In this document: positions 18,005 to 26,524 of the stretch, one piece after another | Layout of the letters: every line of letters begins with the position of its first letter | How positions within the stretch are numbered: position 1 is the first letter of the stretch | IMG/VR virus record: IMGVR_UViG_3300042535_000010 | Coordinates: 1-54,718 of that record | Reading direction: 5' to 3' (one strand) | DNA length: 54,718 nt | From: a virus | Taxonomy: Duplodnaviria; Caudoviricetes | The notes under the pieces: generated by a model | Database searches by the model: none | Told to the model about the DNA's origin: nothing | What the model saw: only the letters and a program-made list of their open reading frames with translations | Position numbers and translations under genes: made by a program

Positions 18005-18007
18005 AGC

Positions 18008-18385
18008 ATGGAAAAAGCTAACGTTGTCACGTGGCTGCTCAAGCACAATCGGATCGTGGGTCTGAACCTGAACGCGACCGTGCCTGGGGTCGTGCTGCCT
18101 GTGGACCTCATGACACACGAGCAGGTGGTTCTAGAAATAGGTCTCGACCTTCCAAAACCGATCCACGACCTGTGGATAGACGGCAACGGAATCGCGGGCA
18201 CGCTCTCCTTTGACCGCCCGGTGCATTGCTTGATCCCGTGGGCCGCGTTGCGCGCCGCGTGGGGGAAAGACGGCAGAGGTACGGTCTGGGACGACGTCCC
18301 AGGCCCGAAGCAGTCCGCCGTCGCGGTCCTGGACGGCGGCGCGGAAACGACACCGCCGAAGCGCGGGCACCTGCGATTGTGCTAG
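18008..18385 (+). CDS. sspB: SspB-like ClpXP adaptor, copy 1
   Basis: PGVVLP...VLEIGLDLPKPIHDL...GTLSF...IPWAAL...GRGTVWDDVP; C-terminal HLRLC resembles ClpX-binding LRVVK tail. Confidence 0.8.
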   Translation: MEKANVVTWLLKHNRIVGLNLNATVPGVVLPVDLMTHEQVVLEIGLDLPKPIHDLWIDGNGIAGTLSFDRPVHCLIPWAALRAAWGKDGRGTVWDDVPGPKQSAVAVLDGGAETTPPKRGHLRLC

Positions 18386-18394
18386 ACTAGGCAC

Positions 18395-19465
18395 ATGGCA
18401 CGACCTGTCGACTATCCAGACTTCGCCACCTCAGGCACCCGCACAGCACCGCCAGGCCCCGTCACATCCGCGGGCTGGACCCCAGGTAACCGCCTGCCTG
18501 CCGTGTGGATGAACTACCTACAAGGCCTCTGCGGCGACTGGATCCGGCAGCTCGTGCTCGAGTCCGACGGCTCAGCCCGGCTCGCCCCTACGACGCAGAA
18601 CGCGTTCACAGTCTCGGATCCAGACTACGCCCCGATCGACGTCGCGACTGAACCGGGCGCGAACTTATGGCAGTGTGTGCTCAAGATGCACACAGGGCTA
18701 ATCTCAGCCGGCAACAACTGCGACGTCCGGGTGTATGTAGGTAATGGGAGCGAGGGCTACGTCGCGATCGTCGTCAACACCCTGTTTCATCACCCAAGCG
18801 CCAAGTGGCGCAACATGAACACGACGCTGGACTCGCGCGCGTTGTTCATCGGCCCGGGTGGTGTGTCGTTCAAGTTCAAGGCCGCCGCTTCGGCGGCCTG
18901 GACAACCTGGACCGACTACACGAACCTAGATGTAGGTCAGATCACGGCGACCGGGTTCATCGCCGCTACGGGGAATATCACGTCAGGCGGCAACGTCACC
19001 GCCAGCGGATACATGTCCGCGGACTACTACCAGACCCCGAACACGACATTGACCGCGCCAATCCGCCTGGCGAGCGCCCAAGGCAACGTGTCTCGCGTGG
19101 GCGCTACGGGCGCGATCAAGCCTGCGTCTGGAACAGCGGTGATCTACTGGCCTTTCCAGCGCCCCCTCAACTCGACATGGGGCGACATCGTGATCGTGCT
19201 GAACCAGGCGACATCGACCCCGGGCCAGTTTGAACTCATGCGCCGAGACGCGGACGGAGGCGCGGGCGGCGCCCCCGCCGTGGCGATCGACTTCACCGTC
19301 GGGACCGGGACCGGGACCGGGCGCAAGGTTGTGACCCTGGCGACGTCGGGGGGCGAGTATGTCTCGAGCGAGGATTACGAGCTCGTGTGGACCCCGGGTG
19401 CTACCGCAGACGAGGTCGAGCAGATCCAGATGAGCTGGACCGACAGAGGACCGCGAAACGACTAG
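18395..19465 (+). CDS. Tail fibre protein
   Basis: MARP..PDFAT...GWTPG.RLPAVWMNYL N-terminus; follows baseplate; TGC-TAGACT-N6-ATG. Confidence 0.8.
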   Translation: MARPVDYPDFATSGTRTAPPGPVTSAGWTPGNRLPAVWMNYLQGLCGDWIRQLVLESDGSARLAPTTQNAFTVSDPDYAPIDVATEPGANLWQCVLKMHTGLISAGNNCDVRVYVGNGSEGYVAIVVNTLFHHPSAKWRNMNTTLDSRALFIGPGGVSFKFKAAASAAWTTWTDYTNLDVGQITATGFIAATGNITSGGNVTASGYMSADYYQTPNTTLTAPIRLASAQGNVSRVGATGAIKPASGTAVIYWPFQRPLNSTWGDIVIVLNQATSTPGQFELMRRDADGGAGGAPAVAIDFTVGTGTGTGRKVVTLATSGGEYVSSEDYELVWTPGATADEVEQIQMSWTDRGPRND

Positions 19466-19544
19466 CGATTATCCCGGCAGCTAGCCAATACTGGCCGGTG
19501 AGCAGCATCACACAGAGCCCTGTAATCACTAGCAGATTCGGCAT
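19401..19544 (-). CDS. 47-aa hydrophobic peptide MPNLLVITGLCVMLLTGQYWLAAGII...
   Basis: Hand-translated; TGC-TAGACT-N7-ATG on minus strand; overlaps fibre 3' end. Confidence 0.45.
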   Translation of the reverse strand: MPNLLVITGLCVMLLTGQYWLAAGIIASRFAVLCRSSSSGSARPRLR

Positions 19545-19592
19545 ACATCGAAGTCTAGCATTCGTGAGGCGTTTTTGCTAGGATTGCACACA

Positions 19593-19904
19593 ATGAGATC
19601 CATCACCCTGACCCTTCTTCTCCTGTGTTCCGCCTGCGCGACAGCTCGCGACAGCACGCTGCCTGCGCTCGGTGAGGTGCTACGCAAGGCGCACGTGGCC
19701 CAGGCTGCGGCCGTGGATGGCCGCGCCGCGGCGAGGCACGTGGCTGATCTGCTCTGTCGCGCGCCCCTGCCGGAGACGGCCGCGGTGTGTTCCGAGGCGG
19801 AGCGCGCGTTGCTAATCAGCAAGGACGCGCTCAACATCTCGGCCGACGGCCTGGACGCCGCCAGCAAGATCTACAACGACGTGAATGACGAGGTAGGCAA
19901 GTGA
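19593..19904 (+). CDS. Lipoprotein, possible spanin component
   Basis: MRSITLTLLLLCSAC lipobox, helical body; TGC-TAGGAT-N8-ATG. Confidence 0.6.
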   Translation: MRSITLTLLLLCSACATARDSTLPALGEVLRKAHVAQAAAVDGRAAARHVADLLCRAPLPETAAVCSEAERALLISKDALNISADGLDAASKIYNDVNDEVGK

Positions 19905-20041
19905 AATCCATCCTGGACATCATCGCATCCGCGGCCAAGATCCTCGCCGGGCTGGTCGGCCTGCGACCCGGACCGAAAGTGCCGGAGAAAGCCAAACGCC
20001 CAGAGTAGGCGCAGGGCACGCACTCGTGCTACACTAAGCGC

Positions 20042-22300
20042 ATGGCACTCTCTTACGAGCTCTCCACGCGCCTAGCTGATTCCTCGATCGAGTACCTGCC
20101 ATCCGGCCAGATCCGGATCCCGCTGGCGGACCAGACCACGATCGACAACGCGGCCGCCGCCCAGGTCTTGGACGCGTGGCGTGTTGAGCGTTTTCTTCTG
20201 CCGGGCGAGGTCCTTAGCGCGAGCACCTGCAACGCGGCGCTGATCGCCGCCGAGGCCGCCGCCTACGCGCGCGCCGGAGACCAGGGTGTCGCGATCTTGG
20301 TACCAGCGGGGACGTACACGCTGAGCCAGACCGTGCGCGTGCGCGGCCGCGGCGGAAACAAGCGAGCCCCCTACATCATTGGGGCTGGTGTCGGCGCGAC
20401 AATCTTCGAGGTGCCCGCGCTCCCGACGGGCGGCACCTACTCCGGAGCCGGCGCGTGCTTCTGGCTGGACGGTAGCTACGCGGCCAACAGCGCTTTCTAC
20501 AACGGGGGTTTGATCGGCATCACCATCAAGATGATGAGCGAGCACGGCGCCATCGGTGTCTACGGCGAGGGGCTGTTGCATTCGAAGCTCTGCGACCTGG
20601 ACGTGATCGGCTATGGCACGGTCAACTACTACTCGGCCGTGAGCGGCCAGACGGGCGCCGCTGCGAGTTGCAGCGCCGCGGACGCGAACGGCGAGCAGAC
20701 ATGGACCGGGCTCACGGGCGTGACTCTGGATTGCGAAGGCCGCGCGCACGTAAGCACGGGCGCGACCACAGGCGCGAACAATGGAACGTTCACTATCACG
20801 CGTTACGTCTCGGCGACCAGCTACAAGGTGTTCAATCCTTCCGGCACGAGCGACGCGAGCAACGGTTCCTTGGGGTGGACAGAGAAATACACGAGCACGG
20901 GCTACAAGTTCCGCGGCGAGTACGTGAACAGCCGCGGCGTCACGATCGCAAACAACCAGGACGTGCGTATGGACAACGTCCGGTCCTATGGCATGGGTGT
21001 AGGGGCGTGGCTGGAGGCGGTCACGCAGTTCTCGATCACGCATTTCAAGATAGAGAACAACGGGCGCAACGTGTGTCTCGGCCACCGTTGTGACCAGCTC
21101 TCGATCACCAGCGCGCTATTTCAAGGCATCGGGACCTACGTGGTGTGGGAGATCCCAGGCAGAACGGGAAACAAGATGGTCACCTTGCGTGACTGCTACC
21201 AAGAGGGCGCAGCTACTGCATGGCTTAAGACGTATCCGCCGATCAGTGGCATGAATGACTACGTCCTTGAAGATTGCGGCCAGGGCAACGCTGCCACATA
21301 CATCGATGCGTCAGGCACGCGTTCGATCATCGTGCGTATGCCTGGCAATCAGGCAGTTCCTTCGACGGCATGGGCCAAGCTCCGCAACGTGGGGCACGCG
21401 TCGTTCACCGGTGGCGTCTTCGAAAGCCCGGCGATCGCGCCAACCAAGTGGGACCTTGATCTAGCATCGCGCGTCGGCTTTAGCGTCAACGGGTCGAGCA
21501 AGAGATATCACGGCAGCCACGGAGTAGAGAAAGGTCTGAACCGCTTCTTGATTGGACGTGGTGACCTGATGGCTGAGGTGTGGGACGGGCGTGCGGTCCG
21601 GAAGCGCACCGTAAATGCAGGCAATCTCGAGGCCTTGGTCGGCATCGTGAACGGCATCACGCTCGGGCCCGTGAACGCGGCCATCTACCCGACCTGGACT
21701 GCGTCGAATGCTGCCTTCAACGGCGCACCCACGTGGAACGTGCTGCCTGGTGCGATCGCCGCCGCGGGGGCGCTCAAGGCGACCATGACGGTCGGCGCAC
21801 TGCCCGTCGGCTCACAGCCGGGCCTGCTCTGCGTGTTCAGGAACCCGAGCGCAGCCGATGCCTCGAACCACTACCAGCGATTTGTCTGGACAGACGGGAC
21901 CAACTCTACGCTGATCGGTATGTCCGACAGCGTGGCCGTGGGGGCGCCGGGCACGGACGATTCTTTCTACTTCTACAATCAGATAGTCGGACAGGTGCTC
22001 GGCCCTCTGTCCAGCACAGACACACAGGCGATTTACGGCGGCGTTTGCCCCGCCGCGGGCGGTACGATTTCGGGCGAGTGTAACACGGCCGATTTTCTCA
22101 CGACGCCGTACGCAAACATGGCAGCGTACGCCAGCGTTGCGGCGGGCACCGTGACCGTGTTCGGCCCGGCAACGCAGCCGATCGACAACGCGATCGAGGT
22201 CGCGTGGTGCGGCGTCACCAAGCGCGGCATGACACGCGGGGAGCTGGAGCAGTTCCTAGATCTGGCGGCGGCCGAGTTCGGCCCCATTGCGCGCTACTAG
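20042..22300 (+). CDS. Tail spike / beta-helix (pectin-lyase-like) receptor-binding protein
   Basis: AILVPAGTYTLS..IIGAGVGATIF, beta-helix periodicity; TGC-TACACT-N6-ATG. Confidence 0.78.
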   Translation: MALSYELSTRLADSSIEYLPSGQIRIPLADQTTIDNAAAAQVLDAWRVERFLLPGEVLSASTCNAALIAAEAAAYARAGDQGVAILVPAGTYTLSQTVRVRGRGGNKRAPYIIGAGVGATIFEVPALPTGGTYSGAGACFWLDGSYAANSAFYNGGLIGITIKMMSEHGAIGVYGEGLLHSKLCDLDVIGYGTVNYYSAVSGQTGAAASCSAADANGEQTWTGLTGVTLDCEGRAHVSTGATTGANNGTFTITRYVSATSYKVFNPSGTSDASNGSLGWTEKYTSTGYKFRGEYVNSRGVTIANNQDVRMDNVRSYGMGVGAWLEAVTQFSITHFKIENNGRNVCLGHRCDQLSITSALFQGIGTYVVWEIPGRTGNKMVTLRDCYQEGAATAWLKTYPPISGMNDYVLEDCGQGNAATYIDASGTRSIIVRMPGNQAVPSTAWAKLRNVGHASFTGGVFESPAIAPTKWDLDLASRVGFSVNGSSKRYHGSHGVEKGLNRFLIGRGDLMAEVWDGRAVRKRTVNAGNLEALVGIVNGITLGPVNAAIYPTWTASNAAFNGAPTWNVLPGAIAAAGALKATMTVGALPVGSQPGLLCVFRNPSAADASNHYQRFVWTDGTNSTLIGMSDSVAVGAPGTDDSFYFYNQIVGQVLGPLSSTDTQAIYGGVCPAAGGTISGECNTADFLTTPYANMAAYASVAAGTVTVFGPATQPIDNAIEVAWCGVTKRGMTRGELEQFLDLAAAEFGPIARY

Positions 22301-22783
22301 CTCGTCGTGCCGGGCCAGGAATAAACCCCTGGCCTGGCGCCAATCCATCTCGCGCATATGCTGCTCGTAGATCGAGTGCAGCCCGCATTTGAGGTGACGA
22401 TACTCCTCTTGCCAGGCACGCTTGTCCGCGACGTGGACGGCAGCGGCGGACGCGGAGTCCAGATACGCCAGCGGGTACCCCAGCTCACGCAGCCGGGCCT
22501 CGATCACATGCTCCATTAGGCGGTATCCTGGGACCTCGCGCTTGATCGGGGTCGGGACGTCGACCAGGAACGCCTCGGCGGCGTCGTGCCAGAGCGCGGC
22601 CAGGGACCAGATTCCCTCGCACATGTGTGACACGAACACCGAGTGTTGCGCCACACTGTATGGGTGCCGCAGGCTGCCCCCACAGCGGTTGATCTGGGCC
22701 AGGCGATTGGCCACGATCTCGACCGACACATCGCGCGGCTGCAGGTCCAGGATGTTGTACAGCCGGCCTGTTTCGTCACTCAT
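22256..22783 (-). CDS. HD-domain 5'-deoxynucleotidase-like phosphohydrolase
   Basis: LAQINRCGG..YSVAQHS..ALWHDAAEAFLVDVPTPIK..AD. Confidence 0.88.
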   Translation of the reverse strand: MSDETGRLYNILDLQPRDVSVEIVANRLAQINRCGGSLRHPYSVAQHSVFVSHMCEGIWSLAALWHDAAEAFLVDVPTPIKREVPGYRLMEHVIEARLRELGYPLAYLDSASAAAVHVADKRAWQEEYRHLKCGLHSIYEQHMREMDWRQARGLFLARHDELVARNGAELGRRQI

Positions 22784-22913
22784 GATGATCTTGTCCATCA
22801 AGCAAGGCAGGGCCAGTATCCGAGTTGTCAAGCCGTGCCCTGCTTGATGGGCGGCCCCTTACGGGGGCCAGTCGGCCTGGTCGTACCCAGACATGCGCAC
22901 TAGGCGCCGAGTC

Positions 22914-23444
22914 TTACTTGGCGGCCTCGAAGAACTTGTGTGTGAAGTACGCACCGTTGTCGCTGCGTTTCGCCGTGCACTTGACCACGAAGCGTGCGCC
23001 GTCGTACTTGCCCGCGAGCAGGCCCTGGTACACCTGCTGGCAGAGCGCCTCGGCTTGGGCCTCGCGATCGAGGTCGGCCTGCGTGGGCACGTCCGGGTTC
23101 GCGCGAGTGGTAGTGAACACCGGGTGCTCGCTCGCACCTGGCATGAGCGCGACGCAGAGCGCGCGCATGTTGCGGAGAGCGCGGTAGCCTCCGCACTTAG
23201 TCACGTCTGAGTTGTCCCACAAGTTGAAGCCTGTGATCCGGATGCGGTGGATCTTGTTCTCGGTGGGAAAGTCTACAGGCTTGATCTCTACTTTAAGAGT
23301 CCAGCCCGCGTCTTTGCCTTTGTGTCCGGTGACCTTGTACTGCTCGGCCTTGCCGCAGATCACGACCGTGCCCTCGCCCGAGGGCAGGTCCGGGCGTTCG
23401 ACCGGACCTTGCACGTTACCCATGTTCACGTTTTGATTATTCAT
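22914..23444 (-). CDS. Probable ssDNA-binding protein
   Basis: Position after nuclease/helicase; beta-rich OB-like pattern; weak. Confidence 0.45.
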   Translation of the reverse strand: MNNQNVNMGNVQGPVERPDLPSGEGTVVICGKAEQYKVTGHKGKDAGWTLKVEIKPVDFPTENKIHRIRITGFNLWDNSDVTKCGGYRALRNMRALCVALMPGASEHPVFTTTRANPDVPTQADLDREAQAEALCQQVYQGLLAGKYDGARFVVKCTAKRSDNGAYFTHKFFEAAK

Positions 23445-25162
23445 CTGATTAGATCCTCGATTTCAGAGACGTCACCACTCCAGTCAGCATACGCTAGTTT
23501 TTTCGGCACGCAAGTCCGACGCTGCGATCCGTAGCTATCGGTAATCGCCTGGCGCAGCGTGTGCAGCTTCGCAGGTGTGTAATAAGGAATCACACAGCGC
23601 ACATCGTGCTTCTGCCCGGGCCGGTGAATGCGCCCGAGCATCTGCTCTACCTTGTCGCCAACGCTGTGCATGCCCAGGCAATACATGCGGTCGAACCAGT
23701 GCTGTAGGTTCAGACCGACCGAGCACGTATCCATAGAGGCGATGCAGGAGCCTCGGTGCTGCTCGATGTTGTTACCCTGGGCGTCGTTACCTTTCTGCCA
23801 AAAGAACGGCAGGCCGGTCAACCTCGCGAGCTCGCGGCCTGTATGTGGGAAGTCGACCCAGCACACGCCCCGGCCCTCGGACTCGTCCCGGAGCCAGGCG
23901 GCAGCATCTTCGAGCGCCGTGCGGTCTACCCAGCGCGCGACCGTGTTCGGGCGAAAGCGCTTGTCCCACTCATCCCACAGCTCGAACAGCCCGTAGTAGG
24001 GTGAGCCTTCGCGTTGCAGCGCTAACTTGACCAGCTCCTCGGACTCGAGCCCGGGGATCTCCCGGCCGATGATATCGGACACCACGATGGCCCAGGCCCT
24101 GCGCGCCTCGCGGTACGCCTCGGGGGCCGGCGGGTCCCACACATAATACCATCCGGTCTCGAGCTGCACGTCGCGCTGATACACCTCGATATCGGACGTG
24201 AGCACATAGCCGTCCGGAGTCTCGCGATAGACCTTGTCGTCTTCTGTGCGCCGCTTCTTATGCATGTGCTCTAGCGCTGCGGCCACGGACAGGGGCGTCG
24301 GGTATTGCCGAACCTCGACCGAGAACCCCATTTCGGGCCTGGTCCCGATCGATGCCACGACCCCGGGCGTGTGCACGAACCGCTGGCCATACGCCTCTTG
24401 CGCGGCCTCGAGATCATCCAGGTCCGAGGGCACGACCCACAGCCCGCGCAGGGGCGAGGGGTCGATTCGCTTGTACTCCGGGATCTTATCCCCTAGCGCG
24501 CCGTGCCACGCGAGCGCCTGGAACAGGTCCAGGGGCATAGGTGAGTGCTCACGCAGGCTGTAGCTGATCATGTGCCAGTAGCTCATAGGCGAGCGCGAGC
24601 CCAGGCTTGCGGACAAGCAGAAGAGCAGCGGGCGGGCGTCGCTCATGAAGTAGCGCAGCTTCTTCCAGGCGGTGTTGCCACTGTCCTGCAGCTCCTGGCA
24701 CTCGTCCAGGATCACCAGGTCGGGGTTGATCTCGGCCAGCGCCGCAGCGCCGTGCTTGCGCTGGAGCTTCTCGTACGAGAGGATCGCGGGCTTGATCAGC
24801 TTCCAGCTCTTGCTATCGGTCTCGAAGTCGCGCTCTGTCTTCTCGAGGATGGAGCCACCGGGCACCACGAGCAGCGGGCGCACGCGGCCCTTGCGCCTGA
24901 ACAGCGTGGCGAGCATGAATGAGAGCAGGGTCTTACCTCCACCTGGGAGGATCGGCGCGATCAGCCCGTCCATGTTCCAGGCATCGACCAGCGCCGCGGC
25001 CTGGACGTCGCGCAGCATTGCGCCCGGCTCCTTGCGGTACTCGGCCGAGATCTGCTCGGCGACGGCGCGGATGCGCGTGTCGGTCTGCCAGGCTCTCGCC
25101 GGCAGGGCGCGGACTCGCTGAAAGTCTAGCGAGTCCGCGCGTACTACTGCGGGCGTGAGCAT
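23441..25162 (-). CDS. Superfamily 2 helicase
   Basis: PGGGKT Walker A, ILDECQ, GLNLQ, QMLGRIHRPGQ. Confidence 0.9.
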   Translation of the reverse strand: MLTPAVVRADSLDFQRVRALPARAWQTDTRIRAVAEQISAEYRKEPGAMLRDVQAAALVDAWNMDGLIAPILPGGGKTLLSFMLATLFRRKGRVRPLLVVPGGSILEKTERDFETDSKSWKLIKPAILSYEKLQRKHGAAALAEINPDLVILDECQELQDSGNTAWKKLRYFMSDARPLLFCLSASLGSRSPMSYWHMISYSLREHSPMPLDLFQALAWHGALGDKIPEYKRIDPSPLRGLWVVPSDLDDLEAAQEAYGQRFVHTPGVVASIGTRPEMGFSVEVRQYPTPLSVAAALEHMHKKRRTEDDKVYRETPDGYVLTSDIEVYQRDVQLETGWYYVWDPPAPEAYREARRAWAIVVSDIIGREIPGLESEELVKLALQREGSPYYGLFELWDEWDKRFRPNTVARWVDRTALEDAAAWLRDESEGRGVCWVDFPHTGRELARLTGLPFFWQKGNDAQGNNIEQHRGSCIASMDTCSVGLNLQHWFDRMYCLGMHSVGDKVEQMLGRIHRPGQKHDVRCVIPYYTPAKLHTLRQAITDSYGSQRRTCVPKKLAYADWSGDVSEIEDLIR

Positions 25163-26262
25163 CAGCCGAACGAGACCTTGCCGCCAGCCTTGAGGATGCA
25201 GCGGACCGAGCGACCAAGCTCGGCGTCGAGCAAGTCCTGGCCCAAGGGCGAGTGCTCGGTGTTCATCATCTTGCTGCGTGTCTCGAAGTCCTCAGGCAGC
25301 ACCTTCGCCTTGGTTTGATCGGCGGCGAGGGCAGCCGTGAACGCAGGCTCCGGCAACGTCGGGATCTTGACAGGCTCGGTCACGACCGTGGCCGGGCTCT
25401 CGAGCACAGGGAGTTGCGCGACCTGCGCAACGGCAGGGGTCGAGGCAACAGCCGGGCCGCCGAGCAGGTTGACGGTAGCGGGCGCGGTCACAGCTGCGGG
25501 GTTCTTGAACTGGGCCATCATCGCGAGCAAATCGGGCTGACTCATGATCTCATTCCTCCGGTCACAATATTGTCGAACATCACAGGCACCATACTCGTAA
25601 CACAGGTTCTTGTTCGTGTCCAGCTGACGGGGGTCATCTGCATTCACGATCCGGAGTGCCTTACGCGCGCGGTTGTACAGCTGCGGGCGCCGCGTCTCGA
25701 GCTCCACGCGTGTGAACGTGGCCGTGATTGGCTCCGGAGCGCCGTGCGCGATCCGGTCGTAGGGCGCAGCATCGGCCGACTTCTTTGTCCTGAGATAGAG
25801 CCAGGTGCAGGTCACGCCCTGCTTCTCGGGGTGGCGATCGAGCGCGTCCAGGCAGTATGCCTGTACCTGGGGGTCGGTTAGCATCGCATCCCGGTGCTGC
25901 AGCTTCGGCTTCTGCGTCGACGTCTTGTAGTCGATCACGACCAGCTCCGGGTCTGTCAGCCGGTGATCGTACTTGCCCGAGATCTCGAAGCCGGGTGCGA
26001 ATGGGATCTTGACCCAGCCCTCAGCTGTGCCCTCTCCGGGTTTCGGCAGGTAGGGCATGGCGAGCATGAGCGCAGCCTTGAGCGCGGGGTGCTCGGGCAC
26101 CGTACCGTGGCGTGTCCACTGCTCGAACGCGTCGTGTACCGCGTTGCCAAACTGGCGCCCTCCTGCGTCCTTGTCCTCACCTTTCGGTAGGTGATACACG
26201 AGCCAGCCCCGAACGGGGCACTCGCACTTACTCATCATGCTCGGGCTGGCGCGCTTGAACAT
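25162..26262 (-). CDS. PD-(D/E)XK (RecB/Cas4-like) exonuclease
   Basis: FGNAVHDAFE, GKYD, IDYKT, QVQAY, Cys cluster; TGC-TAGCCT-N6-ATG. Confidence 0.88.
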   Translation of the reverse strand: MFKRASPSMMSKCECPVRGWLVYHLPKGEDKDAGGRQFGNAVHDAFEQWTRHGTVPEHPALKAALMLAMPYLPKPGEGTAEGWVKIPFAPGFEISGKYDHRLTDPELVVIDYKTSTQKPKLQHRDAMLTDPQVQAYCLDALDRHPEKQGVTCTWLYLRTKKSADAAPYDRIAHGAPEPITATFTRVELETRRPQLYNRARKALRIVNADDPRQLDTNKNLCYEYGACDVRQYCDRRNEIMSQPDLLAMMAQFKNPAAVTAPATVNLLGGPAVASTPAVAQVAQLPVLESPATVVTEPVKIPTLPEPAFTAALAADQTKAKVLPEDFETRSKMMNTEHSPLGQDLLDAELGRSVRCILKAGGKVSFG

Positions 26263-26393
26263 GCCGCTAGGCTAGCACGCCTGACGCTTTACACAACACA
26301 ACACGTTTTACACTAGGGGTCGGAGCTTATGGGAAACCGATCGAGGGAGGGTCATAGTATCACCCTCCATTCAGATCCATTCCCCATGCGCGT

Positions 26394-26460
26394 GACCTAT
26401 GTGTATTTAGAGTAAAGCCCGTATATGTGCTTTACGAATCAAGGGGCTACACGTTCCGGC
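26394..26460. repeat. AT-rich conserved 67-bp element, copy 2 (candidate origin)
   Basis: 55/67 match to 2318-2384; lies between divergent replication operons. Confidence 0.85.
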
Positions 26461-26524
26461 CGCAGCATCTGGATGTGTGCGACCTGTATTTGCGCCGGAC
26501 CCCCAGGTGCGCTACAGTCCCCGC

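Noticed and set aside
25162-26262. Cas4 as part of a CRISPR system
   Set aside because: Lies in a replication/recombination operon with helicase and SSB-like gene; typical phage exonuclease context
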